This document shows, one piece after another, positions 1 to 10,056 of a stretch of 64,000 nt of DNA. The stretch is taken from NCBI GenBank assembly GCA_018970325.1, contig JAGWWP010000003.1, forward strand, positions 15,737-79,736, written 5' to 3'. The stretch comes from Cyanobacteria bacterium REEB446. GTDB lineage: Bacteria > Cyanobacteriota > Vampirovibrionia > LMEP-6097. Below the pieces are notes generated by a model that was given only the letters and a program-made list of their open reading frames with translations, did not search any database and was not told where the DNA came from. The first letter of the stretch is position 1. Each line of letters starts with the position of its first letter. The position numbers and the translations under genes are program-made.

Positions 1-55
1 TCGCGTGTCGCAAAGGACGACGAAAACGCAGAAATTGGAGTTCGGCTACAGTGCC
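1..55 (+). repeat. R1: core-containing element copy (GGCACTGTAGCC-type terminus), possibly cut by the window edge
   Basis: Exact core GAAAACGCAGAAATTGGAGTT at 23-43, followed by CGGCTACAGTGCC. Supplies the cobA stop codon. Confidence 0.85.
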
Positions 56-861
56 ATAATATGCTTGCCTAATACAAGTATACTTGGGCTAACAAAATTT
101 TCCTTTAAAGCTAGCTCTGGAATCTCTTTCACAGTTGAATATATAACTTTCTCTTTATCTAAAGTACCAGACTGTATGAGGATTGCAGGCATTAAATTTA
201 TTCGAGATAAATTCTCTTGTAAACCATTCATTAATAAACCTTCTCTAATCTGTGCAAGCTTATATAAACCCATATAAACTAGCAGGGTACCACCAGTCAT
301 TAAAAAAGCAGACCACGATTGAAACTTTTCATCACTTAGCTCATGTGCACTGACTATCATAACTGCATCACTTTTTTTCCTCAGAGTCAGAGGGATACCA
401 AGCGAGACTGGCACCGACAATCCACTTGTAAGACCAGGTACTATCTCCACCTGATATCCAGCATCTTTAGCTAACTGCATTTCCTCTACACCACGAGCAA
501 ATATAAAAGGATCTCCCCCTTTTAGACGTGCAACTTGCTTTCCCCGAGAGAGTTTCTCTAGAATCAAAGCATTAATATCATCTTGAGTTATATGCTTTTC
601 CGAACATTTTTTGCCGACATAAATCAGCTCAGTCTCTTTCTCTGATAGCCTTACTGTACATTTTTCAGTGATCTTAGATTGAAAAAAAACATTTCCAGAA
701 GCTTGCTTGAACAGATAATCTAAAATTTCAGTACTAACTAAATTATCGTAGAGAACTGTGTCCACTGCATTTAATAAGTTAATTGCTTTTAGCGTAAGTA
801 ACTCTGGGTCACCCGGCCCTGCACCGATAAGAAATAATTTTGCTCTTCTTTCTTCTGTCAT
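46..861 (-). CDS. cobA: uroporphyrinogen-III C-methyltransferase (SUMT)
   Basis: N-terminus LFLIGAGPGDPELLTLKA is typical of tetrapyrrole methylases. Last gene of the sir-cysH-sirC-cobA operon. Its TAG stop (46-48) lies inside repeat copy R1. Confidence 0.88.
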   Translation of the reverse strand: MTEERRAKLFLIGAGPGDPELLTLKAINLLNAVDTVLYDNLVSTEILDYLFKQASGNVFFQSKITEKCTVRLSEKETELIYVGKKCSEKHITQDDINALILEKLSRGKQVARLKGGDPFIFARGVEEMQLAKDAGYQVEIVPGLTSGLSVPVSLGIPLTLRKKSDAVMIVSAHELSDEKFQSWSAFLMTGGTLLVYMGLYKLAQIREGLLMNGLQENLSRINLMPAILIQSGTLDKEKVIYSTVKEIPELALKENFVSPSILVLGKHIMAL

Positions 862-883
862 GTAAGCAGTTTTATCACCAAGC

Positions 884-1534
884 TTAAATATTCTTTTCTT
901 TTTTACGCTCTAAAGAGGCTTTAATCCTAGCATTGCGTAAATTTTTAAAAGCTCTTTTTGTAAACCAGTTTATTAATTTTGAACGCCGAGGGAAATCCTC
1001 TTCTGATACTATTTTCGCCTGTACCTGCAAGCGAAACTCATTTACTATCTCGACTACATCTTTATACCTTTGCTCAATGAGCATACTTAAATCTTCTCTG
1101 AGTTTACGTGCGACACTAGGAGCCTTTCCATTAGTACTAATAGCTACTTTAATAGAACCACTATTGATAATACTTGGGACATAAAAATCACAATAATCAG
1201 GCTGATCTACTGAATTAGCAAGTATCATCTGATCGCGACAGCGAGTGACTATCATATTATTAATCTCAGGATTATCAGTCGCAGCTATCACGATAAAAGC
1301 TCCGACTTCATCCCCATAGGCGTAATCTCTTTCTAAAAAATCTATTTTCCTAATATTCGGAAATTCACCACGACACTCACGAATCTCGTCTATGATCTTA
1401 GGGGAAATAACGGTAAGCTTGGCTTCAGAAGCTAAAAGTCCCTGTAATTTTTGTAAAGCAATTAAGCCTCCGCCTATAATCAAAACCTTTTTATTATCCA
1501 GTTTTAAGAAAATTGGGTAAAGTGGGTTAGACAT
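884..1534 (-). CDS. sirC: precorrin-2 dehydrogenase / sirohydrochlorin ferrochelatase (CysG-N/Met8/SirC-like)
   Basis: N-terminal Rossmann motif KVLIIGGGLIA. Size and position between cysH and cobA fit this call. Confidence 0.8.
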   Translation of the reverse strand: MSNPLYPIFLKLDNKKVLIIGGGLIALQKLQGLLASEAKLTVISPKIIDEIRECRGEFPNIRKIDFLERDYAYGDEVGAFIVIAATDNPEINNMIVTRCRDQMILANSVDQPDYCDFYVPSIINSGSIKVAISTNGKAPSVARKLREDLSMLIEQRYKDVVEIVNEFRLQVQAKIVSEEDFPRRSKLINWFTKRAFKNLRNARIKASLERKKEKNI

Positions 1535-2280
1535 TAAATCACAAATTCCCCGCCCTGCTCAACTTCATGATCCTGTACATGAAGTCCGCATTCTATTTTA
1601 TCCTTACCAGCCCATCGACTATTTTTACGATCAGAGCCTATACTGGTACACGGCTTGCAGCCAATGCTCTCATAACCATTATCCAGTAATGGGTTATAGG
1701 GAACAGAGTTCTCGTGGATATACTTCCATATATCTGAGCGAGTCCATTTAATAAGAGGGTTAATCTTGCCTAATTTAAATTTTTTATCATACTCAAAAGC
1801 CAAAGCCTTGGCTCTATGCTCAGTTTGCTCACGTCTAATAGAGGTGATCCAAGCAAGCTTACCATCAAGCAATCCCTGAAGCGGAGCTAATTTGCGCATA
1901 AAGCAGCATTGGTCTGGATCACGCTCATAGAGCCTTTCACCATATTTTAAATCTTGCTCTAAGACACTAAGAGCAGGATGGTGCATTAAAATCTCAAAAT
2001 TATATTTTTCTTCTAATCTATCTTTCAGCTCTAGAGTTTCTTGAAATTGATAACCAGTGTCTAGATTAGCGATAGTGAAAGACTTAGCTTCTATAAGCTG
2101 ATTCTTAACCAAAGTATGCAGCATAGCCATAATGACACAGCCCTCTGGACCAAAGGCTGTCAGGAAAAGTATTTGACCATGCTTAGATAATTCATTTAAA
2201 GAATATTCTAAAACTTTTATCGCAGAAGAATCCTCGAACTGATTTCCTAAGGAGTTCCAATCAATAGCTTCGTTAGGCAT
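1534..2280 (-). CDS. cysH: adenylyl-/phosphoadenylyl-sulfate reductase (thioredoxin-dependent, Fe-S type)
   Basis: PAPS_reduct fold. C-terminal ECGLH motif plus a CC...CxxC cysteine set (DQCCFMRK, GCKPCT). Overlaps sir by 8 nt. Confidence 0.9.
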   Translation of the reverse strand: MPNEAIDWNSLGNQFEDSSAIKVLEYSLNELSKHGQILFLTAFGPEGCVIMAMLHTLVKNQLIEAKSFTIANLDTGYQFQETLELKDRLEEKYNFEILMHHPALSVLEQDLKYGERLYERDPDQCCFMRKLAPLQGLLDGKLAWITSIRREQTEHRAKALAFEYDKKFKLGKINPLIKWTRSDIWKYIHENSVPYNPLLDNGYESIGCKPCTSIGSDRKNSRWAGKDKIECGLHVQDHEVEQGGEFVI

Positions 2281-3874
2281 TTAGCTCCTGCTGTATTTTC
2301 TCTATCCCAAGCCTATCTATAAAATGCCTGAACTCTTCACCATTAGTGCGGTTTCTTTTATAGAAATTAAAAAGATTTTTTAAAGTCAAATGAATTTCTT
2401 TATGTAAGAACCTTCCATCAAGCGGCTTACCGAACTGTGCTTCATCAGCCAATCTACCACCAAGAAATATGCGAAAGGCATCTTGCATTTCACCACTCAG
2501 CTCATCTTTAACCTTACAACCCACTAAACCTATGTCAGCAATTGAATATTGAGCACAATTATTTGGGCAGCCCGTTACTGAAATCATTAGTTCTTCTCTA
2601 AAGTCTGGGAATTCTGCGTCTAAATAATTAAACAGTTCTTTAGCACGCGCCTTAGTCTCTACTATCGCTAAATTACAGAACTCAGTTCCAGTGCAAGCCA
2701 CACCCAGCTTAGTGAAAGCAGAGTACTCTACCTTCAAGCCATATTCCACAGCTTTTTTTAGGCAGTCTTCTAGCTTGGATTCTGGAACATTGACTAGAAT
2801 TAAATTCTGTTTATTCGTAGTTCTAACTTCATTAGTTAAAGAAAACTCTTCAGCTAATTTCGCTACATTATCTAGGTCTGGTAGATAAGTACGTCCACTA
2901 ACGAAAGCTATTCCTACAGCATAATTACCATTTTTCAGCTTAGTAATGCCAAGATGATCTCCATGACTTTCTTTTGGGCTAGGAAAATATTCTTCAGCCC
3001 CCGTCACCATAATTCTTAACAGAGAAACTCTTTCCAGCTCATATCCTAAAACTTTCTCCGTCTCTTCTAAAAACTTTTCTACACCCCAGTCTTCGACTAA
3101 GAATTTAATGCGAGCCTTATGCCTTTTATCTCTAAAGCCGTTATCTCGATAAACTGTGGTCACAGCCGTAATTACATCTTTAGCCTGCTCTCTATTAATA
3201 AAAACAGGGAAATTTTTAGCGATGATAGGCTTAGTACTTAGACCACCACCGACTTTTAGCGCAAAACCTTTTTGATTAGTTTCAGGATGATGCACAGCGA
3301 CTAAAGAAACACAGTTAATATCTGGCTGCGAGCACCAGTGAGAGCAACCTGTTACCGACATTTTATACTTACGTGGCAGATTAGAAAAATCACGATTTCT
3401 TGTCATAAAGCCATCTATTTCTAAAAGCTCTTTGCTGGCATCAAAGATTTCATCCTCAATTAAACCAGCTAATGGACAGCCTGTAACATTACGAGTAACA
3501 TCGCCGCAGCCTCCCACTACGTCCATTTGGACATCCTGTAATTCTGAAACTATAACGGGTATATCTTCGATCCTTAACCAGTGCATTTGCACTGCCTGCC
3601 TAGTCGTAATATCTATAACTCCCCGAGCATAACGCTTACCTAAATCTGAAAGCTTGTATATCTGCTTACTAGTAAGCTGCCCACCTGGCACTTTAATACG
3701 CATCATAAAGAAACCTTCTTCTTTAGGTTTCTGTGCGTAAATTCCATACCATTTAAATAATGGAACCAATTCTTGGTCTACGGCAGAAAATCCTGTTTTA
3801 GAAGCCTCTAATATATGGTCCCAGACATCTAAGCCATCCACTCGCTGTTTTAAACTTTCTATATCTCCAGCCAT
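2273..3874 (-). CDS. sir: sulfite (or nitrite) reductase hemoprotein, ferredoxin-type
   Basis: NIR_SIR family. Siroheme/4Fe-4S cysteine clusters CTGTEFCNLA and TGCPNNCAQ. Operon context with cysH. Confidence 0.88.
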   Translation of the reverse strand: MAGDIESLKQRVDGLDVWDHILEASKTGFSAVDQELVPLFKWYGIYAQKPKEEGFFMMRIKVPGGQLTSKQIYKLSDLGKRYARGVIDITTRQAVQMHWLRIEDIPVIVSELQDVQMDVVGGCGDVTRNVTGCPLAGLIEDEIFDASKELLEIDGFMTRNRDFSNLPRKYKMSVTGCSHWCSQPDINCVSLVAVHHPETNQKGFALKVGGGLSTKPIIAKNFPVFINREQAKDVITAVTTVYRDNGFRDKRHKARIKFLVEDWGVEKFLEETEKVLGYELERVSLLRIMVTGAEEYFPSPKESHGDHLGITKLKNGNYAVGIAFVSGRTYLPDLDNVAKLAEEFSLTNEVRTTNKQNLILVNVPESKLEDCLKKAVEYGLKVEYSAFTKLGVACTGTEFCNLAIVETKARAKELFNYLDAEFPDFREELMISVTGCPNNCAQYSIADIGLVGCKVKDELSGEMQDAFRIFLGGRLADEAQFGKPLDGRFLHKEIHLTLKNLFNFYKRNRTNGEEFRHFIDRLGIEKIQQELNA

Positions 3875-3996
3875 GGGTTTATTATAGCTTTTCGTAATTA
3901 AAATTAATCGGAATCATCCCTTGACGGACACTGCATCATTCGTGAAGTATAATTAAAAGACCAGAGCTTTTTGTTAAGGGGATTTGAGGAATTATT

Positions 3997-5886
3997 ATGA
4001 ACAGAGAAGAAGTAACTAATAATATAAAAGTCCCGAACAAGGATCTAGAAATACTACGAGAAAATTTTCCTCATTGCTTTGATAAACATGGAAATTTTCA
4101 GCTGGAGAAATTCAAAACCATTTTAAGTGAGAAGGAAATAAATTTTTCTAATGAAAGCTACAGCTTAGACTGGCTCGGGAAATCATACGCTAGGCTTTTA
4201 GCTAGTGAGCCTGCTAACACTTTATTAAAAGCAGATGAGAAGCATAATGCTAAACCAGAGAACATAAACTCCGAAAATCTACTCATAAAAGGCGATAACT
4301 TAGAGGTGCTAAAACACTTATCTAATGCCTATCATGAAAAAATTAAAATGATTTACATTGATCCTCCATATAATACGGGGAGTGATGACTTCGTCTATGA
4401 AGATGACAGAAAGTTTACACTGAGAGAGTTGCAACAACTTATTGGAGTTGATGAAGAAAAAGCGAAGCGAATTTTAGAGTTTACGAGATCGAAAAGCAAT
4501 AGCCATTCTGCGTGGCTGACATTTATGTATCCACGCCTTTATCTCGCTAAGCGATTACTGAGAGAGGATGGGGCTATTTTCATTTCTATTGATGATAATG
4601 AAGTTGCACAGTTGAAACTCTTAATGGATGAGGTTTTTGGAGAGGAGAATTTTGAGGGGCACATACATTGGCGGAGAAGGCATAATCAGCCAAACGATAA
4701 AACAAAAATGATTGGCTTAGTTGCTGAACACATTGTTTCGTATTCTAAAAACAAGGAAATATTTAAAAAATCAGGTACAGGGAAGATAGACCTCACGGGA
4801 GATTTTGCAAATCCTGACAATGACGATAGAGGGGATTGGGCATCAAAGCCTTGGAAAGTTGGTTCAGACCAATCAGGTAGTAGGTATGTTATTGAAAATC
4901 CTAAAAATAAGAAAAGATATGATGAAGAGTGGATGGGTGAAGAAACTACTTATTTATCTTTGTTAAAAGATAATCGAATTATTTTCCCCCGAAATGGAGA
5001 TGGATTACCTAGAAAAAAATATTTTCGCTTTGAAAGAGAAGAAGAAGGCCAATGTGCAACAAATTGGTGGAATCATGACCTCTTTGGAAATAATCAAGGC
5101 GCTAATGATGATATGGCTTCACTCTTCGGTGTTAAAAATGTGTTTAGCAATCCAAAGCCTGTTGAACTAATAAGAGGCCTTTTACAAATATCCAACTCAA
5201 AAAATAATGACATAATCCTAGACTTCTTCGCAGGCTCTGGAACTACGGGACATGCTGTGATGAAACTCAATGCCGAAGATGGTGCTAATCGAAAATATAT
5301 TATGGTGCAGATAGCTGAACCCATAGATTCGAAAAAGAATAAAACAGCTTATGATTTTGTTGCAGATGAATTAAAAGCAGAACCTACTATCTTTGAAATT
5401 ACTAAAGAAAGGCTTCGTAGAGCTGCTCGTAAAATAAAAGAAAAAAATTCTAAGCATGATTTAGGTTTTAAAATTTTTGAGACCATGCCTATCTGGGAAG
5501 ATTATGAGTTCCATGCAGAACGCTTCGAGAACACTCAGACCTTGTTTGATGTCGGTAAGCTAACTATAGAAGACACTGGAGCATTAATCACCACATGGAA
5601 AACTTATGATGGCATGCCCTTAAGTAAAGAACTAGAAGCCCTAGACTTAGATACTTATACTGCTCATTATGGTCATAATAAATTATATTTAATGAATAAA
5701 GGCTTTTCTACAGTGCATTTAAAAAGTTTGTTAGAGAGGATTGATACGGATAAAAATTTCAACCCTACTTCTATAATTGCATTTGGGCATCATTTTGAAA
5801 GCAAGAGCTTACGTGAACTTACTGAAAATATAAAGTCTTATGCAAATAAAAAGAATATTGATATAGAATTCACTGTAAGGTACTAA
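3997..5886 (+). CDS. mod: Type III restriction-modification system methyltransferase (Mod), N6-adenine, beta class
   Basis: Motif IV IYIDPPYNTGSD precedes motif I DFFAGSGTTGHAV. Followed 5 nt later by the res gene. Confidence 0.9.
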   Translation: MNREEVTNNIKVPNKDLEILRENFPHCFDKHGNFQLEKFKTILSEKEINFSNESYSLDWLGKSYARLLASEPANTLLKADEKHNAKPENINSENLLIKGDNLEVLKHLSNAYHEKIKMIYIDPPYNTGSDDFVYEDDRKFTLRELQQLIGVDEEKAKRILEFTRSKSNSHSAWLTFMYPRLYLAKRLLREDGAIFISIDDNEVAQLKLLMDEVFGEENFEGHIHWRRRHNQPNDKTKMIGLVAEHIVSYSKNKEIFKKSGTGKIDLTGDFANPDNDDRGDWASKPWKVGSDQSGSRYVIENPKNKKRYDEEWMGEETTYLSLLKDNRIIFPRNGDGLPRKKYFRFEREEEGQCATNWWNHDLFGNNQGANDDMASLFGVKNVFSNPKPVELIRGLLQISNSKNNDIILDFFAGSGTTGHAVMKLNAEDGANRKYIMVQIAEPIDSKKNKTAYDFVADELKAEPTIFEITKERLRRAARKIKEKNSKHDLGFKIFETMPIWEDYEFHAERFENTQTLFDVGKLTIEDTGALITTWKTYDGMPLSKELEALDLDTYTAHYGHNKLYLMNKGFSTVHLKSLLERIDTDKNFNPTSIIAFGHHFESKSLRELTENIKSYANKKNIDIEFTVRY

Positions 5887-5891
5887 TAGAG

Positions 5892-8765
5892 ATGAAGGGA
5901 TTTAATTTCGAGAAGAACCTAAGCCATCAATCACAGGCAGTTAAAAGCACAGTTAAGGTGTTTGAAAACATGCAAATAGAACAGGCTTCTGGAGTAAATC
6001 AAAACTATATTAATCCAGAGTTTGATTTCATGAGCAGCATGGAATACGCACGGAATATCGAACAAATTCAACAAAGTAACGGAATTACTGAAATATTGAG
6101 ATTTAACAGTAATATTCTCGACATAATGATGGAAACAGGTACAGGAAAGACTTACACTTATACCAAAACCATTTTTGAACTTAATAAACACTATGGCATT
6201 TTTAAATTTATTATAGTGGTCCCGACTCTTTCTATTAAAGCAGGAACGCTTGACTTTCTAAAATCAGCTAGTTGCAGAGAGCATTTCAGAGAACAATATA
6301 ACAAAACACTTAATCTGCACGTCGTTGAGAGTCAAAAAAATAATAAACGTAAAAAAAAAGCTTACATGCCCTCTGCTATAACGAATTTTGTACAAGCAGG
6401 TAGTTTCGAGAAAAATAGTATTCAGGTGATGCTTATTAATACAGGCATGATAAATTCCGAAACAATGCAAACAAGCTTTCACAAAAGCCTTTTGGACAAG
6501 CATACAGTCCCTTTTGATGCAATTAAGTCCACGCTGCCTTTTATAATTATTGATGAGCCTCATAAATTTGCGAAGGAGAATAAGACTTGGGCAAATATCA
6601 AAAAAATGCAAGCTCAGTTTATTCTGCGTTATGGAGCGACTTTCAATGGTTATGAAAATTTGGTCTATAACCTAACTGCAATTGATTCCTTTAATAAAAA
6701 CTTAGTGAAAGGTGTAATTGGGCACATAACTGAATTTGAGAATGGTAAAAACTCTATCGTAAAATTTATCGACTCAGACGGCACAGAAGCCAGCTTTGAA
6801 TTAACAGAAAACAATAAACATAAGACTATAAAACTTACTAAACAAGAAAGCCTTGCGAAAGTCCATCCAGAAATGACTAATTTAATAGTCGAGAATCTGA
6901 ATAAAAGTACAGTTGTCTTATCAAATGGTATTGAGATGAAGAAAGGGGATAAACTAAATCCATTTTCTTACGCTGAAACACTCCAAGAAACGATGATTAA
7001 AAAAGCCATCAAACATCATTTTGAAATAGAGAAGAAGCTACTTACTAGAGATGTAAAGGTAAAACCTATCACATTGTTCTTCATTGATAATATTGATGAA
7101 TACAGGAGTAAAGAAGGCTATATCAGAAAGACTCTCGAAGAGTGTATCAGGATTGAAATACAAGAGCTACTAAAAATAGAGGGTGATACTTTTTACAAAG
7201 CTTATCTAAAGAAGACTTTACTTGATCTACCTGGAACACACGCAGGTTATTTCTCTAAAGATAACCTAGAAAAAGATGAATCTATCGAGAAAGAGTTAAA
7301 CGAAATATTACATGATAAACAGGCCTTGCTTGATCTACAGAATATTAGGCGTTTTATTTTCTCGAAATGGACTCTACGTGAAGGATGGGACAATCCCAAT
7401 GTATTTCAGATTTGTAAGCTACGGAGCAGTGGAAGCGAAATATCTAAGCTACAAGAAGTTGGGCGTGGACTGCGTTTACCAGTAAATGAATACGGCAATC
7501 GTGTTAAGGACGAACAATTCTACCTAAATTATTTTGTAGATTTTACGGAAAGTGATTTCATAGATAAACTCGTAAACGAAATTAATCAAAAATCTGGAGC
7601 CATTTCGATTAACGAAGTCCCCGAAAAGCTTTCTGAGCCAATAATTAAGCGGATTTGTGAAGTTTATAAAACCTCTGAGGATAAGCTTTTAGAATTGCTT
7701 GACTCAAATAATGTAATCACACGCAGCAATTCATTCAAGACAAATGGCTTTGATTTTATTAAAGACAGATACCCATTGATTTTCAACGATATCAGCCCAA
7801 ATAAAATTATTAAAGCATCTGAGCCTAAAAAGAAAATCGCAGTAAGGGTCGAAAAGTATCAAGAGCTAAAAGATCTCTGGGAAAAATTAAATGAAAAAGT
7901 GATCTTGGAATACAAAATTGATCAGGAAGCCTGTTTCAAGAAACTTCTTACAGAGTTCTTAATAGAGCAGAAATATAGTTTTACATCTAGTGATGTCAGT
8001 ACAAGAATTTCAAAAGTTGAGATTATAGACGACAGAGCTATAACAGAATACTCCGAGTCAGTTTACGGCACAGAGACCATGTCAATTTCCACGATGAAGT
8101 ACAGTGATTTTCTCTTAGAACTAGCAAAAGCTTTAAGTATTAATATGAAGACATTGCATCAGGCATTCATTGATACCGATATAGATATAAACAGCTATTT
8201 AAGCCAAGGCACATTGCGGATCCTTAAAGAAAGATTTGATACTTATCTAATGGCGAATGCTATAGATAAGTTCAGCATAGAATATAAAAAAATCTCAAAT
8301 AGTATTCACCCAACCAAGCTTACAGACAGCTCTGGGAATGTGCTTAAAGAAATTTCTTCTTCTGATGTCGGTATTCAGTTTTCAGGAGAGGGAGTTGCTA
8401 AGAACTACCTACTTGAAGAACTCTACTATGACTCCGACTTAGAAAAAATAAATATAAAAACTGAGATACAGGAAGTAATTATATTTACCAAGATTCCAAA
8501 AAATTCAATTAAAATTCCTGTTGCTGGCGGTAGAACTTATTCCCCAGATTTCGCTTACGTACTGAGATTTAAAGATGGTCAGCAAAAATTACATTTTATT
8601 GTAGAAGCAAAAAATGTAACTAGTGAGAATGAGCTTAGAGAAGAAGAAAAATCAAAAATTAGACACGCCGAAAAGTTTTTTGGAGACAGTGTAAAAATTA
8701 AGTTTAAAACTCAATTTAGCAATGACAAAATAGCTGATCTAATTAAAAAGTGTTACATGGATTAA
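5892..8765 (+). CDS. res: Type III restriction enzyme Res subunit (SF2 helicase plus PD-(D/E)xK nuclease)
   Basis: Walker A METGTGKTYTY and DEAH-like IIIDEPHKF. C-terminal nuclease motif YSPDFAYV...FIVEAKN. Confidence 0.9.
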   Translation: MKGFNFEKNLSHQSQAVKSTVKVFENMQIEQASGVNQNYINPEFDFMSSMEYARNIEQIQQSNGITEILRFNSNILDIMMETGTGKTYTYTKTIFELNKHYGIFKFIIVVPTLSIKAGTLDFLKSASCREHFREQYNKTLNLHVVESQKNNKRKKKAYMPSAITNFVQAGSFEKNSIQVMLINTGMINSETMQTSFHKSLLDKHTVPFDAIKSTLPFIIIDEPHKFAKENKTWANIKKMQAQFILRYGATFNGYENLVYNLTAIDSFNKNLVKGVIGHITEFENGKNSIVKFIDSDGTEASFELTENNKHKTIKLTKQESLAKVHPEMTNLIVENLNKSTVVLSNGIEMKKGDKLNPFSYAETLQETMIKKAIKHHFEIEKKLLTRDVKVKPITLFFIDNIDEYRSKEGYIRKTLEECIRIEIQELLKIEGDTFYKAYLKKTLLDLPGTHAGYFSKDNLEKDESIEKELNEILHDKQALLDLQNIRRFIFSKWTLREGWDNPNVFQICKLRSSGSEISKLQEVGRGLRLPVNEYGNRVKDEQFYLNYFVDFTESDFIDKLVNEINQKSGAISINEVPEKLSEPIIKRICEVYKTSEDKLLELLDSNNVITRSNSFKTNGFDFIKDRYPLIFNDISPNKIIKASEPKKKIAVRVEKYQELKDLWEKLNEKVILEYKIDQEACFKKLLTEFLIEQKYSFTSSDVSTRISKVEIIDDRAITEYSESVYGTETMSISTMKYSDFLLELAKALSINMKTLHQAFIDTDIDINSYLSQGTLRILKERFDTYLMANAIDKFSIEYKKISNSIHPTKLTDSSGNVLKEISSSDVGIQFSGEGVAKNYLLEELYYDSDLEKINIKTEIQEVIIFTKIPKNSIKIPVAGGRTYSPDFAYVLRFKDGQQKLHFIVEAKNVTSENELREEEKSKIRHAEKFFGDSVKIKFKTQFSNDKIADLIKKCYMD

Positions 8766-10025
8766 ATATTTAACTATTTTCTCGGCAGCATCACCATTTC
8801 CATAGAATAAAGAATGGAGCTGCGGGCGAACTTCTGCTTGACTATTATTCATCAAGCGAGAGATAAGACTCTCTATTGCAAGTTTAATACTTTTAGAATC
8901 AGGACTTAGTCTCTCACTTAGACCCTGCTCTAAATATTCCTCTCTCTCTGCCTCCTCACGCATAACAAGAGTATATTTACTTAGATAAGCGGCTTCCTCC
9001 TGAACACCACCACTATCAGTAATTATAAAAAATGCATTCTGCATCAACTGTATAAACCCACAGTAAGTGACCGATTCCAGCAAATGAAGCCCTGAGATAT
9101 TCATAGATAATAGCTTTTCAGATAATTTTAAAAAATTCTCTCTTGCCTGCGGGTTAGTATGCAAACATACAACAAATTCGAGCATTTCTTGAGCATCTAG
9201 CGAAACTCCTATTTCCGCATTTGAGATTAACTCATTTTTAAAATTTCTTTCGCTTTTTTCTTTAAGAATTTGCAAAATACTCTTACAAAGTGCTTCCTGA
9301 AATCCATTATTAATATTCTCTCGTCTATGACTAGTGATTAAAATATATTTTTTATCTAGCTTAAATTCTTTCCTGGAACCCTGTTCAAGAATAGTAAAAT
9401 TTTTAAATTCAAAATCCTTACTATTAATTATGCTTTGAGCTTTAAAAAGAGCATCTATGCCTGTATTCCCAGTATTAAATATATTATGGGCGTGTAGCGA
9501 AACTCCAATTTCTGCGTTTTCATCGTCCTCATGATCACCGCTCCTCTTTTCTCGAATAAGTCTCTGATAGACCTTTTCACTAGGACAAAAATGATAATCC
9601 GCAATTTGACTAATAACACGCCGAGACAGTTCTTCTGGAAATGGGCTTCTGGGGTTAACTGTTCTTAAACCAGCTTCTACATGAGCGACTCTAATATGAT
9701 TATAAAAGGCTGCTAAAGCAGCCTGCACAGCACTTAGAGTATCTCCCTGCACTATAACTAAATCTGGTTTTTCTCTGCGAAACAAGAGATCTGCCTCAGT
9801 AAGAAGCTTTGCCGCTAACTCTGCAAGAGTATGTCCTTGATTCACTAGATTAAATTCATAATCTGGTCGTATACCCCAAAATTCCAGAAGATCACTGAGA
9901 ATGAGTTTATTGTGCTGGTTGGTGTGTATCCACTTAACTTCATGGCACTGCTTTTGAAACTCCAGATATACGGGTGCTAGTTTTATATATTCAGGTCTAG
10001 TACCGACTATAATAAAAATTTTCAT
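8739..10025 (-). CDS. wecB: UDP-N-acetylglucosamine 2-epimerase carrying two in-frame repeat insertions
   Basis: Matches MKIFIIVGTRPEYIKLAPV, VQGDT, HVEAGLRT and TDSGGVQEEA. Repeat-encoded DHEDDENAEIGVSLHA and SNAEIGVSLDA segments interrupt conserved blocks. Confidence 0.9.
   Translation of the reverse strand: MKIFIIVGTRPEYIKLAPVYLEFQKQCHEVKWIHTNQHNKLILSDLLEFWGIRPDYEFNLVNQGHTLAELAAKLLTEADLLFRREKPDLVIVQGDTLSAVQAALAAFYNHIRVAHVEAGLRTVNPRSPFPEELSRRVISQIADYHFCPSEKVYQRLIREKRSGDHEDDENAEIGVSLHAHNIFNTGNTGIDALFKAQSIINSKDFEFKNFTILEQGSRKEFKLDKKYILITSHRRENINNGFQEALCKSILQILKEKSERNFKNELISNAEIGVSLDAQEMLEFVVCLHTNPQARENFLKLSEKLLSMNISGLHLLESVTYCGFIQLMQNAFFIITDSGGVQEEAAYLSKYTLVMREEAEREEYLEQGLSERLSPDSKSIKLAIESLISRLMNNSQAEVRPQLHSLFYGNGDAAEKIVKYLIHVTLFN
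9191..9225 (-). repeat. R2: degenerate half-element inside wecB
   Basis: gagcatctagcgaaactcctatttccgcatttgag matches about 27 of 33 positions of the terminus-plus-core consensus. Encodes SNAEIGVSLDA. Confidence 0.7.
9488..9536 (-). repeat. R3: half-element (terminus, core, acidic arm) inside wecB
   Basis: gggcgtgtagcgaaactccaatttctgcgttttcatcgtcctcatgatc, with an exact core. Encodes DHEDDENAEIGVSLHA. Confidence 0.92.
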
Positions 10026-10056
10026 CGAAACTCCTAGTCTTATATAATACTAGTCA

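Noticed and set aside
5-277. ORF 5-277 (+) and the many other short ORFs antisense to or nested in long genes (for example 933-1184, 2691-2888, 5094-5324, 5931-6611, 17959-18267, 29315-29932, 39591-40076, 42979-43308, 60111-60581, 62943-63146, 63669-63857)
   Set aside because: Each lies within or opposite a long, homology-supported gene and has low-complexity or repeat-derived translations. They are typical shadow ORFs of A+T-rich DNA.
3921-3953. A sigma70-like promoter for mod (TTGACG ... TATAAT)
   Set aside because: The spacer between the hexamers is 21 nt by my count, which is too long for a canonical promoter. I did not report it as a feature.
6334-6359. A7 and A9 homopolymers in res as phase-variation switches
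   Set aside because: Tracts of this length are unremarkable in such an A+T-rich genome. They encode Lys runs, and phase-variable Type III systems usually vary in mod. I mention this only inside the Type III finding.
10026-10034. cgaaactcc in the wecB/ABC divergent spacer, matching the start of the core region
   Set aside because: It is only a 9-nt match with no continuation into the core, so it is likely chance.
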